From positions 8,661,009 to 8,725,008 of the forward strand of contig MU058781.1 of NCBI GenBank assembly GCA_013265495.1: 64,000 nt of DNA. Reading direction: 5' to 3'. Positions 12,071-24,340 of this stretch are shown here, one piece after another. Source of the DNA: Vicugna vicugna (taxonomy: Eukaryota). Position 1 is the first letter of the stretch; the number at the start of each line of letters is the position of its first letter. The notes beneath the pieces are model-generated. The model worked only from the letters and a program-made list of their open reading frames with translations, ran no database searches and was not told where the DNA came from. Both the position numbers and the translations under genes were made by a program.

Positions 12071-13164
12071 GAATCTGGTTTGAGCCTAGAACATCTACAG
12101 TCTCCTGGAAAATGGGGTGGGCTGTGTCCCTGGATGACCGGGAGATAAGGTTAGTTGGAAGTTTCTCTGTAAGGCTCGGATGGAATTGCACTTTGTGTCC
12201 ATCAGCTGGGGGTCATGTTAGGAATAGATGATTGAAATAACAACTATTTGCTTGAGTTCTTCTTAAGATATTGTTATTTCTCAATTCTTATAGTAGGCAA
12301 TATTAACAGGCATGACATTTATTCGAAAGGTTGGTTTTCATTTCTGTTACAGGAAAGCATGTTTCCAGAACTGCGTATTTTGTGTAGATTCTCTGTTAAT
12401 AAACAGACTGCATTTGAACTTGGTGTTCAGTCATTAGGCTTATCTTTGTATAACATGTCTAGAAATCCTAAATAAACTGTGAATTAATAAACAAGTTGTA
12501 ACACTTTAAAACATAAAATTCACAGCAGAATATGCAATGTGATATTGAAAATTTGTAAATGACAGAACTTCCTGATGTGCCGGCTGTGAGCCCTGCAGGC
12601 AGGTGCATATTTTCTTTGGCAAGCTGAACAGAATGTGGTTTAACCCAGGTGTCCACTTATCTCTGGGACTATTACCAGGTTGATTTGCAGTGGTTTAAAC
12701 ATCTTTTCAGGCAGGTTGCTCTAATCCTGAAAAGTCAGACAGCATGATGACTGTTTCAAATATGAATGCTAATTTTGAAAATTATGTGTATGAATAAAGC
12801 AACATTTGAAAGAGGATACATTTTAGAATATTTCTATCATCTACTGTATTGCAAAAGGTAGATAAATTCATGAAATGGAACAATGTCATAATAACAGTGG
12901 GATCGGTGTTAAGGGCAAAACTTGGAGAAACTGTCCTCCTGTTTGTCTCTACTAATATTTCTTCTTGTCATATTCCATTTTTTTAACCTTTAATTATCAA
13001 AATGGCAGTATCACAAGAGAATGACTTGTAGATTTCAAAGCCCATTCCTTTCTGTACCTTCCTAGATCTTCCCAGATGTTGTTTCCATTTTTCATGGCTT
13101 CTTCTAGTTCTACCTATATGCATACACATTTTTAACCTACTGATTTATAAAAAAGTAGTGCATC

Positions 13165-13400
13165 ATTGTAGTGAAGAGCATGGATTCAGGAGCTATGTTA
13201 TATAGGTTCATATGCCTGTTCCACCACTTATTAGCTGTGTGACCTTGTGCAAGTTACTGCCCCTCTCTGTGCCTCGAATATCTGTAGAATGGAAGTAATA
13301 CTAGGACTTAACTCTGAGTTTTGTAAGGGTTAAAGTGTTTAATGCATATAGTATGCTTAGCATGGTCCCCGGCATGTAGTTAATGCTCTGTATTAGCTTT
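13165..13400 (+). mobile_element. MIR SINE, near full length
   Basis: ccaccacttattagctgtgtgaccttgtgcaagttactgccctctctgtgcctc...ttgtaagggttaaa...tgcttagcatggtccccggcatgtagttaatgctc. Confidence 0.85.
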
Positions 13401-14019
13401 AGAAAAAAAAAGGAATTTTTAATTCTCTTACTAGTAGAATTAACATTGAGCACAGCTGTGTGCCTGGAATGAAACTATTTGCTAGAGATACAGAGATGAA
13501 TGAAACTTGTCTCTTCCCTAAAGACAATGAAATCTGGAGAGAGGCACAAACAATCATGATAAATATGCAGAGGGATAAAGTCCTGTGGGCACACAGAGGT
13601 TGACACCGTAATTGACTTGGGTTTCAGAGGCTCAGTAGTGGTCTGATGGATGAAGGAAAGGAGAAAGGGCTTTTAAGCAAAACCTATCTAAGGAAAAGCA
13701 TGCGTGCTTAAGGGTACCTTAAAGGAAGAAGAAATAACAAGAAATGTATCCTTTGAGTGTAACTTGGAGGAGACAGTTCTAAGAGGTGTATTTTGGAGTA
13801 GTGCAGATGAGTGATAAATAGGGTGGAAAGAAGGAGTTTGCATTCAATGGAATGTTTAAGTCAGAATCAACAGGACAGAGTGAAAGACTGGTGCGTGTTA
13901 AGATCATGTGAAAAGGTAGGTGTTAGAAGTGTTAGAAATCTTGGTTGCTTCTATATGTCCTTTATTTGTTATTTGTTATTTTCTTATATGTTATTGATAC
14001 TAGCTCTTTTCTTATTTTA

Positions 14020-15600
14020 AATAAGAATTATTGAGATATAATTAACATATAATAAAATCACCTTTGGTTGATTTTATATAGAACATTTCCATTGTACCGG
14101 AGAGTTCCCTTGTATCCTTTTGTATTCACCACTCCCACCCCCACCAAACAAACACACACAGTCCTTGGAAACCATTGTTCTGATTTCTGTCCCCATGGTT
14201 TTGCCTTTTTCAAAATGTCAAATAAATGGAATTGTAGATATACCTTAGAGATATCGTCAGTTTGGTTTTAGACCATTGGAATAGAGCAAATAATTAAGTG
14301 AGTCACACGATTTTTATTTTTGCTTTGCTAGTGCATGTAAAGTTATCTTTATGCCATACTATAGTCTGTTGTGTGTGCAACAGCTTTATGTTTAAGAGAA
14401 CAATGTACATACCTTAATTTTAAATAATGCTTTTATTGCTACAAAGTGCTAGCCTTCATCTGAGCCTTAAGCCAGTCATAATGTTTTTAGGGGTGGAGGG
14501 TCACTGGAGAATCTCAGTGTTGATGGCTGCAGACTGATCAGGGTGATGGCTGCTGAAGGTTGGGGGGGTGGTGTCAGTTTCTTAAGACAACAGTGAAGTT
14601 TGCTTCATCGATTGACTCTTGCTATCACCAACGATTTCTCTGTAGCATGTAATGCTATTTGAGAGCATTTTACCCACAGTAGAACTTTCAGAATGGAGTC
14701 AATTGTGAGACCCTGCTGCTGCTTTATCAGCTAAGTTTATGTAATATTCTAAATCCTTCTTTGTCACGTCAGTGATCTGTTAAGCTTGTTGTCTTAGGTG
14801 GGTGCAGTTTGTGTTAACCTAGAATTAGAGTAGTGACATTAAAGATCACTGAGCACAGATCACCATAACAAATAAAATGATGAAAAAGTTACATATATGG
14901 TGAGGATTACCAAAATGTGACGCAGAGAAGGAAGTGAGCAAATGCTGTAGGAAAAATGGTGCCAACAGACTTGCTTGACACAGGGTTGCCATAAATCTTC
15001 AATTTGTAGGAAAAAAAGAACACAGTATTTACCAAGTGCAGTAAAGTGAAGTGCAATAGAATGATGTATATCTATATGTTACTTTCTCACTTAGCATGAT
15101 TCATTCAGTATTCATACATGTTGTTGAGACTGTTAATAGATTGTTGCTTTTTACTGCATGGAATTATTTGACCAAATAGATGGACCACAGTTTGTCCGTT
15201 CAGCAAGTCAATGGAAATTTGTGGTGTTTCCAGTTTGAGGCTATTAAGAGTAAAGCTCCTGTAAACATGTGTGCATAGGTCTTTGTGTGGACATATGTTT
15301 GCGTTCTCCTGAGTAAGTATCCAGGCGTGATACTGCTTGGTCACATGGTAGGCATCTGCTCAGCCTTTTGAAAATTGGCAGTGTTTTGCTTTTCTACCAG
15401 CAGTTCCAGTTGCTTCACATCTTCACCAAAACTTGATACTGCCAGTTTAATTTTAGCAGCTGTTACTAGGTATGTAGTAGTATCTCATCGTGGTTTAAAT
15501 TTGCTTTTTTCTATTGGCTAATGACGTTGAGCATATTTTGTGTGATTATTTGACATCCATGTATCTTTGGGAAAGTGTTCAACTCTTTTATCACCTACCC
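14020..15600 (-). mobile_element. Old L1 (L1MB/ME-like) 3' portion, interrupted by Tigger1
   Basis: Terminus ttattgagatataattaacatataataaaat. The L1 sequence resumes after 15075 (ctttctcacttagcatgat...ggctaatgacgttgagcatatt). Confidence 0.75.
14235..15074 (-). mobile_element. Internally deleted Tigger1 (TcMar-Tigger) DNA transposon with both termini
   Basis: Terminal inverted repeats TAGATATAC 14235-14243 / GTATATCTA 15066-15074, followed by TA. Internal Tigger1 motifs: gactgatcagggtgatggctgctgaaggttggg, cattttacccacagtagaact, aaagatcactgagcacagatcaccataac, cagggttgccataaatcttcaatttgta. Confidence 0.9.
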
Positions 15601-15659
15601 CTCTTTTTTACTCAGTTTGTTGAGTTAGGAAACTGTTGGTTAGGTAGGACACACACGTA

Positions 15660-15870
15660 CAACCTAGGACATGAGAGAAAAGAAGTTGATAATTGGACTT
15701 CATCAAAATTAAGCATTTTTGCTCCCTGAAAGATACTGTTAAGCAGGTGAAAAGACAAGCCATGCACTGGGAGAAAATATATGCAAAACACGTGTCTCCT
15801 AAAGGGTGTATATCCAGAATATATAAAGGACTCCAGCGGGAAATCAACCTGTTTTAACATGGTGAAGAAA
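15660..15870 (+). mobile_element. L1 ORF2 fragment, inverted relative to the adjacent L1
   Basis: gataattggacttcatcaaaattaag...aaaagacaagccatgcactgggagaaaatatatgcaaa...tatccagaatatataaagga. Confidence 0.85.
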
Positions 15871-16372
15871 ATGTGTCTTTTTAGCATCATTTTCATTGCC
15901 TTTTAAAATTTTGATATAGTAGAAGCTTGGAATTTGAGGGGAGGACAATGAATGGGTAATTTTTCTTGTGGTTTCAAAACTTCAAATGTATGTTTCCAGG
16001 ATCTAGGAACAGGTCTGATAAACTATCTATTTTTCTCTCTCTGTTATAAACTTCTTTTTTTGAAGTATGGAAAGGATTTATTCAACTCTTTAATCTATTT
16101 GCAGTTTACTGTGGTGGACACTTACAAGCTCTATAAAGCCAGGAATTTTGTTTTCTATGATTTTATGGTTTTACATATTTTACATTGTTTTCTGTACTTA
16201 GAACAGTGTCTGGCTCAATAAATGTATTGAGTGAATGTTTGCTAAATATAAAGTGTGCATTTAACATAATTTTCCCCATATTGTTCGCAGTTATTCCAGC
16301 AGCATTTATTTTGAAAGTTACCTTTCCCTCTTTGATGTTGCTAACTCTGCCATATGTATGTTTCTTCATTAG

Positions 16373-16727
16373 TGTACTAGTTTTGTATGCCCCATAACAA
16401 ATTTACCACAGACATGGTTGCTTAGAACAACACGTATTTATTATCTTAAAATTCTGGAGATAAGAAGTTGGACATGAGTTTTTACTGGACTAAAATCAAC
16501 GTATTGACAGGGCTGTATTCTTTTCTGAAGGCTCTAAGGGAGAGTCTTTTCCTCTGCCCTTCCAGCTTTTAGAGGTCACCCACATTCCTTGACCTCTGGC
16601 CACCTTCTTCCGTGTTTAAGGCCAGAGATACTATCTCCCTCTGACCTTTCTTCCACAGCAAATTATTCTCTGGTTCGGGGGATCAGGACTTGACCATCTT
16701 TGCGAGGCCATTATTCTGCCTGCTACA
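16373..16727 (-). mobile_element. MaLR LTR (MLT1-type), solo
   Basis: tgtactagttt...ataacaaatttaccacagacatggttgcttagaacaacacgtatttatt...ttccagcttttagagg...ggccattattctgcctgctaca. Confidence 0.85.
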
Positions 16728-17989
16728 TATAACATTGTTTATTAATTGATGTTTTATATCCCTAATGTGTATTTCTGTTTTAGTTCTTATAGTACTATGT
16801 TTTCAACTTTAGTATCACTTTAAAGATAATTTTTCACTTAATAATATGTCCTATTATTTAATATGGTTATAATTTTTGAATGTCCCAATGTTTCTGTATA
16901 TAATTAACTTTATTTACCATGCTGAGTTTTGTTATTGTGGCTTAAAGATTTTTCTCCCTCATACTGAAAGTTTTATGGGTATTTTAACTGAATTTAATAG
17001 GAGAAAGTTCCTGGTACCGATCTTCATTTTGCTGGCATCCATCTAGTCTGGCTTCATCTTTCAATTAGTACTTTTTATCTCTTACTGTGTGTTCATCACT
17101 CACTGGTACCATTCAGGTAGAAAGTATGCTTTTAGTGGTGTGCGGAATGTGCTGTCATATAACTTTTGATGAAAGGGCTATTTCTGCTATTGAGGAAGAG
17201 TTTTTCTCAATGAAGAGATGAAAGAAGATGAAACTGTACTGGTAGATGAGAAAGCTTTTGTTGAAAAAGTTAAGTCACGTGTAGCATCAAATGCTCTTTT
17301 GTGTTACTTATTAGCAGACCTGTCACGGGCTTATGAATTCAAGGAATCTTTCTTCCAGTGGAGTTAGCAAGTGACTGCTCTGGACTTCCCCAAATTTAAG
17401 AGATTTGGAAATTGAACTCTCTCTTCAAATACCATTAATAGAGTTAGGGACTTTCCTTAACAGCTTGAAGAAAAATTTTTAGAAAAATATTTCTTTAGAG
17501 AAGTCAGTCCTGAACTTCAACCTGTCAAATGCTGGTTATTGAGTCAAACTCCCATTATGGTAAAAATGAAAAATTTTAACATACATTTGATAGAAAAGAC
17601 TTTTAATAATACAATTCTTAGCAGAGCTAGAAAGATATTTTTTTCTTTTAAAGGTTGATAGAGTTTTTAGGTGGTTTTAAAGTTTTGGTTTGTTATTTCT
17701 TAATTAGAATGAGAATGACAGGTTGTCCTAGTTTACTTGTTTACAGTCAAAATTAAGAGAGCTAATGAGAGTGCTCTGCTATATATATATCAATGTTTAT
17801 GTGCATTTATAATGTATTAATCTTTGTTACTCCTGAATTTTGAAGTGTCTTAGGATAAAATAAAGAGATAGTAAAACTACATGCAGCTTCATGCAAGTAT
17901 AAGAAGACTCACGCCAAGTAATAGAGAGGTGTGGTTAAAGAGTAGCCTTGGCATATTCTCAGTAGAATTAGCCTGAGTGATGCTGATGA

Positions 17990-18470
17990 AGTGTTCTGCT
18001 AACCCTCCAATGACTTCCTTTTGCAGGTAGAATAAAATCTAAGTGCATAATATGAGTTGTAAGGTCTCACATAGTCTTCCTCCCCTAATCATCTGACCTC
18101 ATCCTCCTCCACTGAGCCCCTCATTCTCCATCACTCTGTCTCTCAGCCCCTGTATGTACTCTTCCCCCTGGAGGTTCACACTGATGCTTCTGTCTTAGGG
18201 TTCAGGTCCCAGGATTAATGACACCTGCTCAGAGGTTTACTTGGACCCCTGTAGCAAAATTGCTCTCTCTACCTCCAGCTACTCCCAGATTTTATTTTCT
18301 TTGTAGCATCTGTCATGATAAGAAATGAACATTTTCCATTGTTTGTCTCCCCCAGTTAGAATGGAAGGCCCACGAAGCAGAGATTTTGTACTTCTCACCA
18401 TTGTATCCCCCATTCCTACAATAATCATAGTGCTTGGTTGGTGCTTAATAGGTCGTCGTCAAGTGAATGG
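17990..18470 (+). mobile_element. L2 3' region
   Basis: Ends ttgtttgtctccccagttagaatggaaggcccacgaagcagagattttg...attgtatccccc...gtgcttaatagg...gtgaatg. Confidence 0.6.
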
Positions 18471-19039
18471 GTGCATGGTGGTGGTGACTTGTCGGGGAGG
18501 GTTTGGGGGAATAGTTGCAGCCTGGGTCACTTGGAAGTGCAGGTTCAGCTGGACAGCATTCTGTGATCATTTAGTGGTGACCTCCATGTGGCTAGGAAGA
18601 GGGAAGTTTACCATGTGCCATTCTATGTAAGATACACTAGTAACACTTGGCAGGAATTTAGCAGGGTATCCTTGTGCCTTAGTGCCCTCAGCCTAGGAAG
18701 TGACAAAGTATCTAACGCGTAGGAGTGTTGTTGAGAATTAGAAGTGATGGCGTGTATGACACATTAGACAGAGCCTAGGAATTGCTCAGGAAATGTTAAC
18801 CATCCCTGAGTTACTCCTAGTCATTAACTTATCTAATTGCTGGTTGTTCAGAAAAAAAGACACTTCAAGTGTGTATGAAAGCAGAACCTTGGACTGCAGG
18901 ACAGTGTCTCAGCTTGTTTCCTGACTGTGCTCTGTTTTTCAGTCTTTTTGGCAAAATTGTGTTTGAGGTGTGTACCAGTCTCCTAAGATTGCCTTAACAA
19001 ATCACCACAAACTGGGTGGCTGTCTTAGCCATACTTTAA

Positions 19040-19238
19040 ATGTGTTCTTTCCAGTATGGTTGTCAGTGGCCACATGTGAATATTTAAGTTAATTAAAATT
19101 AAAAGTCAGTTCCTCAGTCACAGTTAGCCACATTTCAAGTACGTAGTAACTACACATGGCTAGTGGCTCCCATGTTGGATAACACAGCATATAAACATTT
19201 CTTTCATTCTAGAAAGTTCTCCTGGATAGCACTGCTCT
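19040..19238. mobile_element. MER3-like hAT-Charlie DNA transposon, preceded by a short MLT1 LTR end at about 18970-19025
   Basis: ggccacatgtg...cagttcctcagtcacagttagccacatttcaagt...catggctagtggct...agaaagttctcctggatagcactgctcta. Confidence 0.8.
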
Positions 19239-20179
19239 AAACAATTAAGAAACTTCAGAATAGGTCTTTTATTTGCTTTAGGTAACTTCATATAGGTTTG
19301 TTTCTTCAATATATGTTTAGTTATAAATTTGGAGTAGTTCATAATAGCTGAATAAAATATTTTTATGGGTTTCTTTTAAAAGTTCTGCAGCAGAATGACT
19401 CATTAATGTTATTTATGAATTGTTTATTCACCAACTCCTTTCTTCATTGTCAAGAACATATGGAGTCAGTAATAGAACATACTGCATGTCTTAGTTTCCC
19501 TGTATAATTATAACTAAGTGCCTGAAGGACACAAGATACTGTTTTATTTATTTTATTTGAATTATATGCCAGAGACTAAGCTCTTGTGTATCCAGGGCTA
19601 CAATTTATAGTATTAATTAAGAACAGCTTTCCTCTTCTCCCTAGAATGAATTCAGTGTATTCTTCATTACTGTGTGTGAATCTTGAGTTTGTTCTCACTC
19701 GGGATTGTTTTGGCTTCTCCCCCTGCCTCCCACCTGTGCTTTTTCCTCCTAACTCCCTCCTCTCCCACTTCATTCCCCTCCCCCTACTCTTCCCTTTCTT
19801 CACTGTCTTCTCTTGTGTGCTGCTTTTTTCCCTCCCACCACTTCCTCCAGTATCCTTCTAACTAGAAATGGAGATGACACAATATTTTCTTTAAAGCCTT
19901 TAATGAACTTCTCCCCTACATTTTTTGTAGTCAAATGCTTTTCCCCCCTTTTCTTAAAGTTTGGTAGAGCCTTCCTTTCGAAGTCCTAGGGTTCCCTCAC
20001 ACCCAGCAGTTACTTACCAGGTGTAGGTAGCATCTATAATTTTCTGCTATAAAAGCAAATGTGATAATCAAATACTCTTCTAAAATTGGAGGATATGTTT
20101 TCAGCTATATGCATTGAAGTAAATTTTGTGTGGCCGTTAGGGTAAAAGAAAATCTCTTCAACACACACCCCCATATACA

Positions 20180-20645
20180 CACTTAAACCTTTATTTTGAC
20201 ATAATTTCACACTCATGGAAAAGTTGCAGAAATAAAAATTAACATGTACCATTTACCCAGATTCCCCAGATGTTAATATTTTACCACATTTGCTTATCAT
20301 TCTTTTTTTATATTTACACATTTGTTTTCTGATCCTTTTGAGAGTAAGATGTCAACATGATGCCCCTTTACTTCTAAATATCCGTGTGTTTAAAAACCAG
20401 GGACATTCGCTTACATCACTGTAGTCCAAGTATAAAAATCAGGAAATCAGCATTGGTGAAATGCTATAAGTTAGCCTGCAGGTCTTAACCAGATCTTGGT
20501 AATTGTTCCAATAATGTCTTGTATAGAGAAAGAAAAATCTCAGGTCCAAAGTTGCATTCAGTTGTCACGTCTCTTAAATCTCCTTTAAGTGGAATGTTTC
20601 CTCAGATTTTCCTTGAGTTTCATGACCTTGATATTAGAACATTTG
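20180..20645 (-). mobile_element. Old L1 (L1MC4/ME-like) 3'UTR
   Basis: ttattttgacataatttcacactcatggaaaagttgcag...tttacccagattcccc...catgatgcccctttacttctaaata...ttcatgaccttga. Confidence 0.7.
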
Positions 20646-20689
20646 ATCACCCTCAACCTTTTTTTTGGGGGGTGGGGAGGGGAGATTAA

Positions 20690-21975
20690 CAGCTTTCTTG
20701 AGATGTAATTCCAGCACCATACAATTCTCATTTAAAGTGTGTAATTCAGTGGTTTTTAGCATATTCACAGAGTTATGTGACATAACCACAATCAGTTTTA
20801 GAATATTTTCGTCACTCCAAAAAGAAACACAATCCTGCTCGTTTCTTTCACTACCCATCCATAGGCAGTCACTAATCTAGTTTGTCTCTGAAGATTTCCC
20901 TGTTCTGGTTATTTCATATGCATGGAATCATACAGTATTTTTCTTCTTTTCTCAGTTCGCTTTCTCTTAGCATAATGTTTTAACATGATCAATATGCCAT
21001 TACCCTTTATGGCTTAATGATACTTCATTGTATGGATGTAACACCTTTTGTTTATCTGTTCACCAATAGATGGGACTTGGGTTCTTTCCACTGTTTGGTA
21101 TTAGGAATAATGCTGTGAATATTAGTGTACAAGTTTTGGTGTGGACATATGTTTTCATTTTTCTTGGATGTTTACCTAGGATTGGACTTGCTGAATTGCA
21201 TGGTTTAACCACTTGAGGATCTGCCAGTCTGGTTTCCAAAGCAGTGGCATCATTTTATTGCATTCCCACTAGCAGTGTGTGACAAGGGTTCCAGTTTCTC
21301 CATAGCCTTGCCCATTGCTGGTTATTGTCTGTCCTTGTGATTATACCCATCCTAGTGGGTATGAAGTGTGTCTCATTATGGTAAAATAGACATAACATTA
21401 AATTTACTGTCTTAACCAATGTTAAGTGTGTAGTTTCGCGGCATTAAGTACATTCACACTGCTGTGCAACCATCACCACCATTCAGCTCCAGCATGTTTT
21501 CATCTTTTCAAACTGAAAAGCTATGCACATTAAACAATAACTCCTCATTTCCTCCATTGTGGTTTTGATTTGCATTCTTTGGTTGGCAGTGATGCTGAAC
21601 ATCTTTTCATGTGCTTATTGGCCATTGGTATATCTTCCTTGGAGAAATGTCTATTCAGATCTTACGCCAATTTCAAGTGGTTTATTTGGCTTTTTATTGA
21701 GGTGTAGGAGTGCTTTATATATATATATATTCTCCATTCAGCTCCCTCATCAGGTAAATAATCTGCAAAAATTTTCTCTTATTTTTGATGTTGTCTTGGT
21801 ATTTTTGTTGCTTGTGTCCTGTGATGCACCAAGAGGTTTTAATCTTGGTAGTGTTCAGCTTTCCTTTTTTCTTTCATTGCTCAAGCTTTTGAAGTAATAT
21901 TAGAAAACCATTGTCTTCTACAAGGTTGATCTAGATTTATGGCTCTGTTTTCCTTTAAGAGTTTTACAGTTTTAG
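20690..21975 (-). mobile_element. L1MB-like 3' portion with a nested L1 tail at 21383-21554
   Basis: Terminus cagctttcttgagatgtaattc; antisense ORF2 sequence ...ttttgatttgcattc...tgaacatcttttcatgtgcttattggcc...ttggagaaatgtctattcagat. Confidence 0.85.
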
Positions 21976-22149
21976 CCTGCCCTCAGCTTTTTAACCTTAT
22001 AACTGCTCCCTCCACATGTTGTCCTGACTCTTCTCTAGGGATACTGCTCCTTATTCAGTCCATGTGCTCTGAGTTTGGGTGTGCAGCACTCCCTTTGAAC
22101 TATTATGTCTCCAGCTGCAAAAGAAAGCCTTTTTGGTTTTGTTCTTATC

Positions 22150-23610
22150 ATTGAATTATCTCATCTTGTATTTCTTTTATTCTCTGTCTTTTAACCTCAA
22201 CTGATACATTAGTCGTTCACCTACATTCACTGGGAAATTTGACCAACTCTTCCTTCCTCATCCTACCCATGTTTCTAATATTATGGGCAGTCTGAGGATC
22301 CATATGTAATATGGACTGTATATTGTACTCTAACCTCTTACTTCCTTACTTCTACAACTCCAGTGGTTATCACCTTCATCCTGTTCAGCAACATGTTCTT
22401 AGGACTAGATCTGGGATCTTGCTATTCTTCAGAAATCCTAAATGCTTATATCTGTACTCTATGATAATCTCTTGTTCTCTCCTCTCCTTTTCCTTTCTCC
22501 ATCCTCCCACCCTCTTTCCCACCCCCTACCTTCCTTTTTCCTTTCCTTCCTCCAACCCCCAGCCACTTTATTTCTCCTTTCTGGCTCTACTTCTTTCTCT
22601 GTCTAACCCATTACGTAAAGTTTCATCTTATCCAAAATGCATAGTTCATTTCCTTTTTTCCATGTCTTTCAGATCCATCCTAGTAATCTCTTAGTGGTGT
22701 TTCCGCAGCCTTTTGAACCTTCCTGGCACATGTTAGGTGTTTAATGAATGAATGAATGATGAAATGTAGAAACATTGGGGTCAGTCTATTTAACGGTTTG
22801 TTTCATGCATAAGAACTGCTGAGCCCTGAGAAAAATTATGGCTATCTATGGAGTCATTGTTAAAAATTCATGGCATCTAATTTTTACTAGAATCTCAGTA
22901 CTGTCTGGCAGTTTTTGTCTGTTTTTAGTCTTCATTTCTTTTAACAGTTATAAAACTTTTAACAGGTATCTTAAACATCCACTCTGTTCTTACTTAACAA
23001 CATGCTTTCTCACTCATAGTAGATGAACTTGCTTCTTATTTCACTGAGAAAACTGAGGCCAACAGATGGGAAATGTACTTAATACCCTCTCTGACTCCTA
23101 TGAGACTTCTAGTACCTGTTTCCATGCTTCCCTTTCTTATAGAAGATGGCTTGGCCCCTTTCCCATTCTGGGCTTATGTCTCTGCCTGTGTTGTGGATCT
23201 TACCCTCTTCACCTCCTGAAGGATCTAGCTCCATCAATTATTTCTTCTGTCTCCACTCCCTTTTTCTCTGAGGCCTTTCTCCCCTCAGTATGTAAACTTT
23301 AAAAAAGAAAAGAAAGAAGGAAAGAATTAAGTATACTAACACATGTATACTCAGGGTTTTTGTTTGTTTGCTTTAAAGCTACTAGGAGTCCTCTCTCTCT
23401 TCTTTCGACCCAGCTTTTTGTAAGAGATGTCTGTATCAGCTGTCACCATTTTCTTATTTGTGATTCATTACTACTGAAGTGTTTATCCTGAGTTCATCGA
23501 TCCCCTTGTTGCAAAATCAAGCATATTCATTTTAGTCTTTGTGTTACTTGTAATCTCTGTAGCATTTGACATTATTGGCTACTTCTTCCTCTTTGAACTC
23601 TGGATTATCC
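22150..23610 (+). mobile_element. Degenerate L2 fragments
   Basis: Pyrimidine-rich L2-like blocks (cttgcttcttatttcactgagaaaactgaggcc; ctctgtagcatttgacattattggctacttcttcct) and a gaatgaatgaatga tail at about 22745. Confidence 0.5.
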
Positions 23611-23959
23611 TGGCTTTGAATACATTTTGTAAGAAAGCCATGTGGATTCTCTTAATAAAACCAGAACATTATGGTTCCAGTAGTTCCAGGTAGACACATC
23701 CATCTCCAGTTAAGTAGGTTTATTTGGGACTGAAGGTCCAACATTCTCTGAGATTTGCTTTGCTTTGACAATTTCTCGGTGATTATCATTGTTACTACTA
23801 CCATCATGCTGGGTGGAGTGGTGACAGGCAGTGCTGGAGTCACGTATGTTTTCACAAGTCTTCCCTTATTTCCTGTAAGGCACTTAGGCCAAAGGAATAT
23901 TTCAAAGAGATTTGCCATTGCATTTTTAGTAAAGTATTTTAAAAAGGTTCTTCTTGTCT

Positions 23960-24340
23960 CAGTGGAGTTCATTGCAACATTGTTGTCTAATAATGAAAGA
24001 TTATGGATAACAAAAATGTCCATCAATAGGGGAATGTATCAATGCTTTATATCTATACAGGAGATACTAGGCAGCTAGTAAAACGAAAGAAGTAGACCTA
24101 AATGTATAGATGATATATAGGAAACAAAAATCAAAGGAGCAGGTCTCCACCTTATATGTCATCTGTCTGTCTCATAATTTGTAATGGAAAAACCCTACAG
24201 AACAGAACTATGTATAAATGTTTAATACTGGAAAATATCTTGGTGTCTGCTCATCAGACCATTCTGAGTGATGTCATCTGAGGGAGCAGAAGTGGACGAT
24301 GTTATGAGTTACTTTATCTCCTTTTTATTTTTCTGAAAAC
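23960..24340 (+). mobile_element. Ancient L1 (L1ME-like) fragment
   Basis: gttcattgcaacattgttgtctaataatgaaaga...aaatgtccatcaataggggaatg. Confidence 0.55.
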
